This document shows positions 1-11,829 of a stretch of DNA of 64,000 bases, one piece after another; within the stretch, counting starts at the first letter, position 1; every line of letters begins with the position of its first letter. Position numbers and translations under genes: made by a program. The stretch lies in assembly GCA_965112155.1 (NCBI GenBank), contig OZ218104.1; one strand, given 5' to 3'. The notes beneath the pieces are model-generated. The model had not been told where the DNA came from and made no database searches. It saw only the letters and a program-made list of their open reading frames with translations. Source of the stretch: Podarcis liolepis (Eukaryota).

Positions 1-314
1 ACCATCCGAGCTATGGTTGCCATGAGCAATCTGGAAAGCACATTCATGGACCCCTGGACCAGACTCTCTGCCAGGTTCCCAGAGCTCTTCTGCAGCCATG
101 TTAGTATTAGGGGGATGAACTGGAGTGAAGGCATCAATGTAGGAGGAACATTTTCCTCTAGGGGATGCTTATGGAAATCCTCAGTGCCATCTCTCAGCCC
201 CAGTTGTCCAGAATCAGCACCCACACCTCCAAAGAGCCCCAGAGCAGGAATATACAGGACATCAGAGACCTTACATGTGTGAGACATTCTTGGCCTGTCA
301 AGAAAACCCATTAC

Positions 315-482
315 CTTGCTCAAGCCATCAAACAGCACTTTGAAGTGGGGGAGGACAGAGCCTCTGGCCACCTTCACGATGTTGTATAGGGCCTCACAGG
401 CGTAGTACCGCAAGCGGCTGTCAGCATCATTGAAGCATGTCAGCACAGGCTCAATGAGCTCCTTCAAGTACAGACCAGAGTC
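315..482 (-). CDS. VAC14: VAC14 coding exon 3
   Basis: 168 nt, TTTGCAG|GAC...AAG|GTAA; encodes [40 protein letters not shown]..., recognisable VAC14 HEAT-repeat sequence. Confidence 0.97.
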
Positions 483-1544
483 CTGCAAATCAAAACACAA
501 GGATAAGGGGGGGCGCGGAGCCATGGACTTAAGCAGTGGCTACACCAGAGTGGAGCCCCTGCTTTCTTGCAAGTGCACCGGGGTGGGGGGTGGGGCTTAG
601 AATAGGGCCAGCAAACCTGGCTAAGAACAGAATGCCCAGGCACTGACTACAGCTGGAGTCACCAACATCATGCTTGTGGGCAACATAGATTCCTCAGGCA
701 CACAGTCTCCATCCCTTGTCCATTTTTTAAAAATGAGATGGGAGCGAGTTGTTGTGGGGGGTGTTTCCTGTTTTGTTTTGTTTTTTGCCTGTTTTGGGTT
801 GGTGTTGGTCTTTGGGATGTGGATTGGGGGCCGGGGGGGGGGATTCTTCTGTGAAATGAACATTTGTTGGTCCCACAACAGTTTCTTAAGTTTCCAAATG
901 TGTCCTCAAAGCCAAAAAATATGGGCACCCCAAACCTGGAGCAAAAGCTCCTTACTATGCAGCAAAGGCAAGAAAGTCCATTTTAAACAGTGAGAGGAGA
1001 TGGGCCAGTATTCAGCCTCTTTTCAGGAATGTAGGAAGAGCTGTCACTCTGCTAACAAGAAGTACCATCTCACTTGCCTTTTCTGGCCGCTGATGGGAGG
1101 GAAGGGAACCTGTTCCCTTCCGACAATGCCAGAATAAACAAAAGGTGGCTCAAAACTTGGAGTTCCTTATTAGCCAAATAATGTGTGAATAAGCCCAAAT
1201 TTTGCCAGGGAAAATGGCAGGAAATTGGTCAAAGGCAGCTGGAAGCAGCACACAGCTTGACTAAATGCTTCCCTACATATGAAGATGTTACTAGGAGATA
1301 TTTCTTAACATTGCACTAAATCAGCATTAGAGCTTAATTATTCATAAAGCTTATTTTTGGAGATTGTGATAAATAATTTTGTAACTAATTTGAATCCATT
1401 TTTTAGATTTCCAAAGTCACCCATCACAGAATGTCTTCCTCCTCTGGAACAAATGTGAGGTTAGAACAGACAGCCTCTCTCTTCTAACAGAGGACAAGGG
1501 CTCATGTTCTCCTATGGGGTCAAAGAAACAGCAATACCACCTAC

Positions 1545-1695
1545 CTTCCCAAGAGCAATGGAGCAGGCTGCCAGGCCAATAAGCCCCCCTTTTCGACTAT
1601 GTGGGTGCTGGGAAAGTGCAAACTCCTGAGAAAGAATCTGAATCACATGCTTGATCTGAGCTGTGCTGTTCTGAGCCACAAATTCACGCACCAGC
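1545..1695 (-). CDS. VAC14: VAC14 coding exon 2
   Basis: 151 nt, TTTTAG|G...AAG|GTAG; [50 protein letters not shown]; phase fits exons 1 and 3. Confidence 0.97.
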
Positions 1696-2394
1696 CTAAA
1701 AACAGGAGAACAAGAAGGCTGTATCCTGTCTCACCAGGTCCATGTCTGGCTCCAGTTTAACATGAGAAATATATTTCTTTTAATTTAGCTGGCCATTAGC
1801 AACCCTGTATGCCCACAAATGAATCATCTATGAACAAATGAAATGGAGCCAGAAAACTGGTCCACCTTGCCCAGTTTTGCCCACTCAAGCTGACAAGTAG
1901 TTTTGCAAGGTGCGTGCAGGGAGAAAAGCTTGGTCTTCTCTGTGGCTGGATAAGGCCCCTCCACCATACGAACAGCAGCCTGCCTCTGTGTCACCTATTT
2001 CAGGGCTTTATCTCTATGCCTGGTATGTGGTGAGAGCGGAGAAATACAGGAGTGAGAGAAGAGACGCAACTTCCTCAGAGCTGCTGTTTGTAGATCCCGC
2101 TCTAAACCAGCACTCCCGCCCCCGCTCAGGCCTGCTCCAAGAGAAAGAAGAGGCCCTTCGGTGACAGGATGAGCAGGAGCAGCCAACGGGCCAGCCCTTC
2201 AGCAAGGGGAGGCGGGCGCTGAGGAAAGGGCTTTGGCTCAGAGGCTGAAGCCCCGCCAATGGCACCTCAAGGCAGGGCGGGGAAAGACCCTGCCGGGCAC
2301 TACTAATGCGGCTGCTGCTGCCAGTGCGGTGCGAGAAGGGCCCCCTCAGCGGCCCAAGAGCGTGAATGGAAGGCAGCCCGTTCCCCTCGCTCAC

Positions 2395-2498
2395 TTCTCG
2401 ATTTCCAGCGCCGCCACCTTCCGCTTCTCGTAGAGTTTGTCGTTCAAGGCCCGCACGATGCTCGGCGTCAGCGGAGAGAAGTCCTTCTCCGGGTTCAT
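2395..2498 (-). CDS. VAC14: VAC14 coding exon 1 (scaffold of the PIKfyve-FIG4 complex)
   Basis: ATG at 2498; [35 protein letters not shown] is the VAC14 N-terminus; donor AA|GTGAG. Confidence 0.98.
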
Positions 2499-2529
2499 CG
2501 CGCCGGTCGTCCCGCCTTGTCCCGGCCTC

Positions 2530-2553
2530 AAGGAAGGAAGGAAGGAAGGAAGG
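2530..2553. repeat. (AAGG)6 microsatellite in the VAC14 5' UTR
   Basis: Read directly. Confidence 0.9.
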
Positions 2554-2664
2554 AGGCGAGAAAGGGACGAGCGGCTCCCGAGCGCAAGAGCAGGTGGGCG
2601 GGAAGGAGGCACTGGCGCTGCTGTAGCGGAGGAGGCGCTTCCCCGCCTCTCTCTCCGGCTACCA

Positions 2665-2681
2665 GGCGGCGGCCATCTTGG
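2665..2681 (-). promoter_or_regulatory. YY1 binding motif
   Basis: Minus strand CCAAGATGGCCGCCGCC matches the YY1 consensus (AAGATGGCNGC). Confidence 0.7.
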
Positions 2682-2685
2682 TCCA

Positions 2686-2735
2686 GTCACGTGAGATATC
2701 AGGTGCTTCCTCCCTTCCCGGCAGTCTCACGTGAC
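2686..2735. promoter_or_regulatory. Two CLEAR-like/USF E-boxes in inverted arrangement
   Basis: GTCACGTGAGA at 2686-2696 and TCTCACGTGAC at 2725-2735. Confidence 0.7.
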
Positions 2736-4146
2736 AAATTCTCCCGAACCGCTTTTTTTCGTTCATGCGGTCCTCGAACCGGCTCCTGCGCGTCGCCAGC
2801 GATCAAGGCGCAGTCAGGGCGGCGCAGTCCACCTTGAAGCTCGAGGAGGCTTGGTGGGGCTTCTCGCCCAGCGCCTTCGAGCGACGCCTCATTTGGATCG
2901 GCAGACGCCCCTCTCGGGCGGTGGAGCGGGATCGCCCAGCTCCAAGGGCCAGCAGCTCTCGCAGGTGGCCTGACCTGGTATAAATCACTTTCCTACCTTT
3001 CTGGGCTGCCGCCAACTCAGTGCTGCTCATAGACCCACTGATACGGATGGCTTAAGTTAGTCGCCTTCATTCATGTCAGCGGGTCTCGTAGACCCAGCAT
3101 TTTCCTCACTCTACTGTATAAAGTAATTGCCTTCAACAGTTTGACACTCGAATCCCACCTTTCGTCCAAACAGACATTTGGGGACCCCTTTAATTAATTT
3201 TTTTTTTACCATCTGACAAATAATGCCGCTGCCCCAACCCTCTGTTGCAGAGCATTGCTGTAAAGGAGGCGTGGCGAACCTGCAACCATCCAGCTGAAGA
3301 GACTTGGGAGTCCCAACAACTTCTGGAAAGTGCCCACATTAGCCACCCCTGCTATAAAGCGTTTCAGTTTGAAGGAACTCAAATGATGGCATGTTGAGCA
3401 AGAAACAGTCAAAACCATACTTATCTCCCATGTCCCTAAGTTTCATTTGAAAGACTGGCAGCACAGCCTCTTCTACCTGTTTATTTAAAAGAAAGCCTGA
3501 CACTAGGACAGTTGTGAGCAGTGGCAGAGATTGTGCTGCTTAATTAGGAATCAGCCACTTGCGGAAATGTTTCACTTTTCTCTATTTGGCCCTTTTATGT
3601 TGTCAGAGCCAACACTGGGGGAGGGCAGGGCATACCTAACTTTTTCACAGACAGTTCTGAAGAGGGGCATGCTGGCAAATAGCACCTTGTGGGAAAGCAT
3701 CTGGGTCATAAGCAAGGAAGCCCTGGTCTCCATCACTATCACCAAGAGAATTCCTGTTATCCCCTCTGGAGTCAAATATTTCACTGGATATTTTGCCCAT
3801 GCCCTTATAGGTTTCTCTGCAGCCAGAAGTTCCAGAAACAGATTCTCAGGATGCCAGCTGTCCCTCTCAGCCTAACCTGCACATTTGCACAGCTGAGTCT
3901 ACAGACAGGTATGTGGAATTATGCACAACCCTGATGTCACAGGTCATGGTTGTTCTGCCTCTCCCACTTTCTACCATGGAGGGAACTGACAGCTGATTAT
4001 TGCCATCCAAATCATCTAACTGTTTCCAGGCAACCTGAGCAGACATTAAGCTTTCGGTCTGGTTCTCTCCCAACCACATCCCAGAATCCTGCCCGCAGCC
4101 TTGTCCTGACAAACTTTCAAGCAGTTTCTTGTTTTGTTTAATAACC

Positions 4147-4152
4147 TTTATT
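4147..4152 (-). terminator. Candidate HYDIN polyadenylation signal AATAAA
   Basis: Minus-strand AATAAA about 475 nt after the stop, with ATTAAA adjacent (4137-4142); an alternative AATAAA lies at 3480-3485. Confidence 0.5.
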
Positions 4153-4626
4153 CCAAAATAAAATCTTATGTAACAAGACATTCTTATCATGAATATAAGG
4201 TGGAAGCTCATTTTGCACATTTCCAGGTGATGTTTTATGCTGCTGCATTAACTTATTCAGCAGATTGAACACTGGAGGAATATTAAGGGAAGAAGGACAT
4301 TCCTGGTGTGATGTGTGCTGCCCTCCTTACACAAGGAGACACTTGGTTTGTTCTGACAGAAATCTTGCATGTGGAAGCCCTGTATAACACACCCTGCTGT
4401 CCTCCGTGCCTGCCGCAAGGACAATCACAGAGGGCTTTTCTCCCCTCTCCTTCCAAAAGGTACAGAGGCATTGCCAACTTTCCCTTCTCCTAAGAAAAGC
4501 AAGGAAGATGCTTGACACAGGGGCTCAAATACCAAAAAGCAAGACATGCACTGACTGTCTAGCGCGCTCTCCCTCCTTATGGCAATGCTTAAATGAAACA
4601 AGACAACACAGTGGCTCTCCGCAGTT

Positions 4627-5115
4627 TCATTTCTCAGGTGTGATACCCTTTAGATAATAAACCCAGGAAACTCCTGAGCCCAGCCCAGCTGCACGAGGAC
4701 AAGAGACAACCAGCTTGCTGGTGACAGCGGCTTTGGTGCCACTTGGGTTCCCTTCAAAGGAAACTAGGATGGTAGCTGATTTCTTAGCCTTAATAGTCTC
4801 AGTGGCCTTCACAGTGAAGGCAGAATTCTCCACAATGTAGGAGAAAGCCATGGGATGCAGGAAGACATTCTTAAAGGGAATGGCTGTGCTGGTGCCAACC
4901 CTGATCTGAATAGGCCCCTGTGGTTTAGGAGGGATTGATGTGCCACTGAGAGGGATGACATAGTCGCCTCCTATGGTTGAGGAAAGAACAAGTGTTCCCT
5001 TGCATTCACCCAACTGGCAAGGCTCAAAGGTTACTTCCACGCTGACCTCAGTGCCTCCTAGAGATCCTGCAGGTGCATTGATGACTTTGTCCACGTGGAA
5101 GTCAGGGCAGTCAAG
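4627..5115 (-). CDS. HYDIN: HYDIN terminal coding exon (approx. human exon 86)
   Basis: TTCCAG|CTT; LDCPDFHVDK...WVYYLKGITPEK*, TGA at 4627-4629. Confidence 0.95.
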   Translation of the reverse strand, partial: LDCPDFHVDKVINAPAGSLGGTEVSVEVTFEPCQLGECKGTLVLSSTIGGDYVIPLSGTSIPPKPQGPIQIRVGTSTAIPFKNVFLHPMAFSYIVENSAFTVKATETIKAKKSATILVSFEGNPSGTKAAVTSKLVVSCPRAAGLGSGVSWVYYLKGITPEK

Positions 5116-6562
5116 CTGGAAAGAGAAATCACAGTCTGGTTGGTCTGGTGGCTGCAGTTGTACCACAGAGCAGACAAACGTAACATTTCTTACTGACTCA
5201 CATCTTGTCCAGAGGGTCAGAACAAACTCCAGTAAAACAGAACAAACAAACTGGGTTGCATTATTGTTGTGCTCAGGCTCAGTTACTGCTTCCTCTCCCT
5301 GGCAAAACTCCTCCTGCAATGCCTTTGTCCTTTGGAGCAATGAAGCAATCAGCCACCAACCCCAGACAGAAGAGCACAACCCATTGTACTGGTTTGTTCT
5401 GAAAACAAGGAGTCTCACTGGAGAGGGGAGAGAGGCAGAGAGGCGGGGGTACCCTGGCAGCCTCTCACACAGGCATCGTAAGGCAGATCTCCTTTTACCC
5501 AGAATCCTTCCTTGTGAGAAAAATCCCAACTTGGGCACAGAAGGAAACAATCTGGAGCCTGGCAGCAGCTATTTTTATTTACAATATCCTGGAGGATGCG
5601 ATATTTGTCAGAACCCAAAAGGTATCTTCAAATGGAGTGAGGAGGCCTCTTGCTTTCTCAGTTGCAAATTTGCACTGCACTGCAGTGTCACATCCACCCT
5701 TGCCTTCGTGCTGCCTCAAACTTTTTCCACTTCCTCTGCAATTTTCATTTGCCTGGCAGCAAAGGGGAGACTCATAGAATTCCTTGCATCTTCTGCAAAG
5801 AAAAGTCAACGTTTCCTCGTGGAGAACTCCTCACCTCACCCCAGTCACACACATAAACAACCATTTGACTACTCAGGTCAGCCTGGGTTAAACCTATTGA
5901 GCAGGGAGAGGGGCCCACAACCAGCTAGCACAGATTTCAGCTGCATCATAGCCAAAGTCCAGATAAATTTAACAGCCCTTCCCCATCCCTGCCATTGTCT
6001 GCTGGGAGTGGGTGGCACACGTAACAGGAGGGTCACAGCTCAGGACAGCAGAGCAAATGCTTTGCAAAGAGTCAAAGAGACGTGGGAATCCCCACTCAGC
6101 TACTGTCGCTACCTCTCACAAGTAGGATTGTTGTGATGGGATGGGAAAAGAACCGTGTATGCTACCTTGAGCTGCTTGGAGGAAGGCAGTATAAACATCA
6201 TAAAGTAAGCACATGGTCCCTGCTTCAGTCCCAGGCTGGGAAATACCTTTCTCTGCCTGCAAAAGCAGATGTTAACAGGACCGACTCAGCAGAAAGCAGC
6301 TCCAGAGGGATGTTCACATGCTTTCCAGCTAGTTGGGAAGAGAAGCTTGTTGGCACTGTGGTCAAGATGGGGTGGGAGGAAGCACTTTGCTTCTTCAGGG
6401 CCTGTAGCAAGAGCTACAATGCCACAAAGGTGTGGCAGTATCATAAGCTAGTGGAGCAGGATGATGGGAAAGTTGATTTGCCTACAAGCAAAGGCTACCG
6501 TGGGTGAAAGCTCTGTGTCTGTCAACTTGGACCAGAAGTGGCATCACAGCAACAGGAATCAC

Positions 6563-6787
6563 CTTGGTGGTGTACTCTGTCTTCTGACGGGTGTAGTTGA
6601 CAAACTTGGCGAAGACGATCTGGCTGCTGCCCAGCATGGCGCAGAAGGAGAGGGCTTTCTCTGGCCGGGCTGGGGTGGCTTTCAGGATCAAGTCGTACTG
6701 GAAGGAGCCCAGCTCATTGCTGTAGAGGGACAGGCGCCCAGTAACTTCTCCAGGCCGCATTGGTTGGAACTCAAACACAAGCACCCC
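6563..6787 (-). CDS. HYDIN: HYDIN exon (approx. 85)
   Basis: GT-AG; GVLVFEFQPM...EYTTK. Confidence 0.93.
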
Positions 6788-7070
6788 CTGAGAAAAGAGG
6801 AGAGGGGGCAGAACAAGCAACCGGTCAAGAAGTGGAGGGGGATTTGACAGTCACTGACAGACTGGCTCCACCCAACTCCCTTTCTCTGCAAGAATGATTG
6901 TTCAGCATCCATGGCCAACACTGGGCAGCAGCAGAGAAGGGAGAGCATGTGGAAGAGCAGAAGGGGCAAATTCTGGCAGGTTCAAGAGCAGGCAAGTTGA
7001 TGAGGGTGGCAGGCTGGGAGGGCAGCATGGAAGGCAGGCAAGGAACAGGGAAGAGAATAGGCAGGCATAG

Positions 7071-7283
7071 AGAGTTAGTATGGCATAGTGGTTAAAAGTG
7101 TCAGACTAGGACCTGGGAGAGAACAGGTCTCCCCACTTGGCCATGAAACTCACTGAGTGGCCTTGGGCCACTCACAGTCTCTCAGTCTAACCTACCTCAA
7201 ATAGTTATTGTGGGGATTAAATGAGGGTGAGAACCATGTATACCACCCTAGGCTCCTTGGAGAGTAAGGTGATAATAGAGAAA
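7071..7283 (+). mobile_element. tRNA-derived CORE/MIR-like squamate SINE
   Basis: A-box-like TGGCATAGTGG head and body GGCCATGAAACTCACTG...CTCTCAG...GGATTAAATGAGG shared with two other copies in the window. Confidence 0.7.
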
Positions 7284-8137
7284 TCACATCTCTAGAGGCC
7301 AAAATATTCCCATTTTCAGTTGGGCTGGGTCACTTTCTGTTCTACAGAACAGTATGGACTGTTGAACAATGCTAGTTAATCCCTCTTGACTATCTATCCA
7401 GTGACAGCCAGACCAATGCCAAGGGTCCTGGCTGCCTGATGACTCTGGGAGGGGCAGGGGACAGGAGGGCGTTCCACACCTTGGAGGTGGAGGTGTTGGA
7501 AGCAGCAGCAGCAGTTGACATTTCCCTTCCTGTGAGGAGCTTGTTTTCATCTGACAGTAACTCGGGAATTGCCTCCCCTTCCTTATCATGCTGCTTTCAA
7601 AATGTGAAAAGAAAGTCAACCAGTCCTTCCTGCAGGCAGAATGCACACATGGGGAAGGAGGGAGCATCTCCACAGGAGAACGCCGGAGGGAAGGTGAAAG
7701 GGTTTTTTAGAGGCCTGCCATAAGGAGACAGTGGGAGGAAAAAGGGGGTGTGTGAGGGAGTAGGAGAGAAATGGAAAAAGAGAAAGAAATCCTGGATTCC
7801 TCAGTGAAGAAGGACGTATGAGGGTGAGAGATTTGTGCCAGCTTCCTTCATCAACTTAAGGGTAGGACTAAAGTTATCCCAGGGATTGTGTCAGGTCTGA
7901 GCCAGGCTCCAGGCCAGACTGCAGCAGGTGGGAAATCCATATTTACTATTATAATTATAATTATTATAATATTATTATATTTACATACAAAGTGGAACCA
8001 AAACATTTTAGGGAAAGGAAACAATCACCCAGATGCAGTTCTGCTGACTGCTGAATGACAGCAGAGCCGTCTTGCCCATTGCTGGCTGAGGCAGTTGCAA
8101 GACCAGGCTCATGGCCACTTCAAAGGCAAATTCATAC

Positions 8138-8368
8138 CTCCGACTGAGCCGGGACAATGAACTGGGGGGGAATGTTGATGTCTGGCACTTTGCAGTCAGT
8201 GTTGAAGGTCACTGGGACATGGAGAGGGTTTTCAACCTTCACAGAAGATGAGGTGCTTTGCCGCACGGGGGTCATCAGCTCAATGGTGCCAAGTGGGCCA
8301 CATGGGATGACCTTAAAAGTCACCAAATAGAACAGGAACTCCTGAGTCGTTTCATTGCGGAAGGTCAC
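8138..8368 (-). CDS. HYDIN: HYDIN exon (approx. 84)
   Basis: GT-AG; VTFRNETTQE...PAQSE. Confidence 0.93.
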
Positions 8369-9195
8369 CTGCAAAGGTAAGGAAGTATCAGGGTCAGGAG
8401 CTGCCATGGTGGTGACTCCATTGCAGGATGGAAATCCATTCAGGTCAGCTTTATCCCACCCACCTTTTGCCAAAACACTGCGCAAAACTGAGCACCCTTG
8501 CTTTTTCCAGAAGCACTGAGCATTCAGACTGCCTAGTGCAGGGCAACTGAACTAGTGTTGCAGCTCAGCATCACTGAAACTATGATGAATTGCAGTTCTT
8601 GCCAGCAGTGGCTGGGCTGCTCTCAGAAAAGGAGAAATGCAAAATGGTCAGGTGACTGGAAAGGATGGCAATGAATTCTCAGCCCACACAAGACAGCAGA
8701 TGTAGAGCCTGAGGGGAAATGATTCCAAAGCATTTGATATCGGAAACTTTTTCCTTTTCAGCTGTGCACCAGGGATAACCAATGTGGTACCCGCTAGATG
8801 TTTTGGACCACAACACTCATCAGCCCTAGACAGCAAAGCCAGCAGTCAGAGATACTGAAAGCTACAGCTGTTTGGCGCTATTTGGGAGGAAGGGCAGGGT
8901 ATAAATGTAATAAGTAAAGCAATAAATGGTCCACAACACCTGGGGGCACCATGTGAGCTGCCCTTCACCCATTTGATACAAAATGCCTAAAAAACCCCTT
9001 CAGAACAGCCTCTTGTATGGAAATCCCTGCAGCCCAGAAAGGGGCTGATGGTGGTTTTAGCTGCATCCCCAAATGCTCTGCTGAGCAGGCTGTCCTTAAA
9101 TCTCCACTGATGTGGTCCCTATGAATGGGAGGGATCCTTCTACTTCAGGCGCCCTCAGAAGGGGAAAGGGGATGGTGTTCGGGTGGGGTATTTAC

Positions 9196-9346
9196 CTTGG
9201 CACTGTACATGCCTTCCCTGTAAGAGAAGAAGGTGAGCTTGTGGTCCTTCTTGGCGGCAGTAGGCACATCCACATAGTCCAGGGTCTTCAGTGTGGTGGT
9301 CAATTCCAGCCTTTCGGGCTTCAGCATATCCACTGTCACACGGAAT
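9196..9346 (-). CDS. HYDIN: HYDIN exon (approx. 83)
   Basis: GT-AG; FRVTVDMLKP...MYSAK. Confidence 0.92.
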
Positions 9347-10887
9347 CTGTCAGAGGAAGGACAGTCACCACATTCACCCTCTAAATGCTCCACAGGGACT
9401 AGATGTGGAATGTTGGCTGTGGCTGTACAGACAAAGAGAGGCCACTTTCTCCCCAGCTTTATCCACTGAAGAAAAACACCCACAAGCAAATAACTGTCTT
9501 CTGTATAATTTGCAGCTTTTCAACTTTTATTCAAGCAAGTTAAAAAATAAATAGCTTAGCCTCTTCAACTGGGTCATGGGCAGGGCCAGGTATGCAGACA
9601 TTTAGCAGGAAATCATATTTATTCCAATGATATGAAAAGTTTCACTTGCTTGTTCTACAGATTCAGCTGGTGTTAAAGGCACAGGGCAGCCATTACTACT
9701 ACTACTACTACTACTACTGAAATTTGTATTCTGCCCTATACCTAAGATTCTTGGCCGATTCCATAGCATCCTAAGTCTTTAGTTTGGGTTTTCTTGGCAG
9801 AGAAATATAATATGGACTTGCTGGAGCAATATTCAAAGGTGGGATTTGATTGATGTGACCACAGAAAGTGACAGAGAAGGAAAAGATGAAAGGAGGCTGA
9901 AGGTCCATTTGAGGGCAAGGTGTTGACTTCCAACTTGGAGAAGCACTGGAGAAACACCCCCCCCCCCACACACACACACTGCAATTGTGAAAGGAATATA
10001 TTCATTTTGCTCCTGTGGCCCATCACAAGCAGTATAGTCTTGATGAGGGCTCACCAACCTGACTCAAAAGAGTCACATTTCATTGCACAGCTGGACCATC
10101 AATCTCACCCATTTCATGGTCCTTCAATATATTTCTGCTTAGATATATCATCATCAGGCATGAAACTGGTGTGGTTAGGGGGTAGGAAGAGTCTGTGCAA
10201 CATTTGGGGGTGCTCAGAACCACCTCTATGGAAACAATGTTCATTTTATGTGGACCTCAAAGTGTCTAAGGTTAAGAAAGGCAACTGCTGGCAGCTCTGG
10301 GATGTATTGCAGTTTCCTCACATAAAATAGAAGGAAGACAGGTGGAGATTCACTCAGAGCTATACTGTTGCCCTGGACTTAGGAGGAGGAGGATGTAACA
10401 AAGTGAACATTATTGTGCCACACAGTGCAACCAAATTGCAAGACCTAGACCACAGACTAGCCTGTCTGCTGCATCCTTCACTGGTGCTGCCCAGGTTTTT
10501 GAGGTATGCCTGGCTGTAGTTCCTTCCTTCCTTCCTTCCTTCCCACTTCATGCTGTGGGAATAAGTCATAGTCTGCATGGAGCTCACCACTGGTCACTGC
10601 AGAAGTCTCAAGGCTTTCCTTGGACTGCAACCAAAGCTCACCCAACAGAGTGTAACTCTCAGCCACTGGAACTGCAGAAAGAGCCTGGGGAAAACTCAGC
10701 CTGGGAGGGCTGAGAAAGGCAAGAGGTCTGAAGAATTCAGGGACCATGGCCTGTAACAGGTTACTGACAATGGATGCCAAGGCACACCTTGAACTGTAGA
10801 ATCCTGCTTGGCACTGGTTGGAACAGACGCTGCCAGTCCCAACCCTATGAAACACACACAGACACACACACACACCGTCCCATTTAC

Positions 10888-11051
10888 CTTTGTGGCTTGT
10901 TTAGCCAATTGGAGATGGGGAGAAGTTCTGTGTAGAATGTTTTGCATGGAACTTCTCTTATGATGTTCCCAGCAGACTTTGGAGGCTCTGCGGTGCCTTG
11001 CAGGAGGTACAGCAGCCCCGTCCCATCCGGGAGGGGGAAGAAGATGGACCC
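10888..11051 (-). CDS. HYDIN: HYDIN exon (approx. 82)
   Basis: GT-AG; GSIFFPLPDG...NKPQR. Confidence 0.93.
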
Positions 11052-11460
11052 CTGACAGGCAAGAGGAGAAATGTGAACCTCAAGATACACACATGACCTG
11101 ACCAGATTTCCCCTGTGAAATGTGGCTGCTTTGAAAGATACTAGGAAAAGAAGATGGTCCTCAGGTCACCTGGCATTTGCAACAGAAAAACAAAACAGCT
11201 GCATTCTCCTGGAAATGCCACTCTCCGGAGTAAGCCCACCGTGCTCAATGCAACATAGCAGAGCATCAAATGAAGCTGCAGAGGTGCTTCTACAGCTAAA
11301 ATACTTTTAGCTCACCTAAAGTAATGAACCAAAGTTAGTCAGATCCATTAACTTCAATGTGTTCATTGAGTATGACTAGCATTGAATCCAACTCTTAGTT
11401 TTTGTGTTCTTTTAGTTTAATTTTATCTTTATCTATTTATTTATTTTTTAAAAATGTAAT

Positions 11461-11625
11461 CCTTGGCCATGAAACTCACTGGGTAACCTTAGGCCAGTCA
11501 CTGCCTCTCAGCCTGACCCACTTCAAAGGGCTGTTGTGAGGATTAAATGAGGAAGGAGAGAACTAAGTACGCTACCTTGAGCTCCTTGGAGAAGTAATGT
11601 GTGATATAAATGCAATAAATAAAAT
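11461..11625 (+). mobile_element. 5'-truncated copy of the same SINE
   Basis: CCTTGGCCATGAAACTCACTGGG...GAGCTCCTTGGAG plus A-rich tail; aligns by eye with 7135-7283. Confidence 0.7.
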
Positions 11626-11829
11626 ATTTCTTTTTAATAATTACTTTAAAATAATTATTTTAAAACAATTGGCTGATAAAGGTACATGGAAACTTTTGGC
11701 TGCCAATAGCAAGTCTCCATAGAGAGAAGCTTGCAAATCTAGTTCAATTCCCTAGCAATTCTGATCTGAGACCCAAAAGATCCTCTCTGCCCCCCGCCCC
11801 CGGCATCTTTGCCCTTTATTGTGAAATAC

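Larger units (their letters stand above)
2090..3080. promoter_or_regulatory. CpG island / VAC14 promoter and 5' UTR
   Basis: Dense CpG and high GC around VAC14 exon 1, against a CpG-depleted background; edges approximate. Confidence 0.88.

Noticed and set aside
2014-3030. Cluster of overlapping ORFs around VAC14 exon 1
   Set aside because: Expected stop-codon scarcity in a CpG island; only the MNPEKDF frame is recognisable
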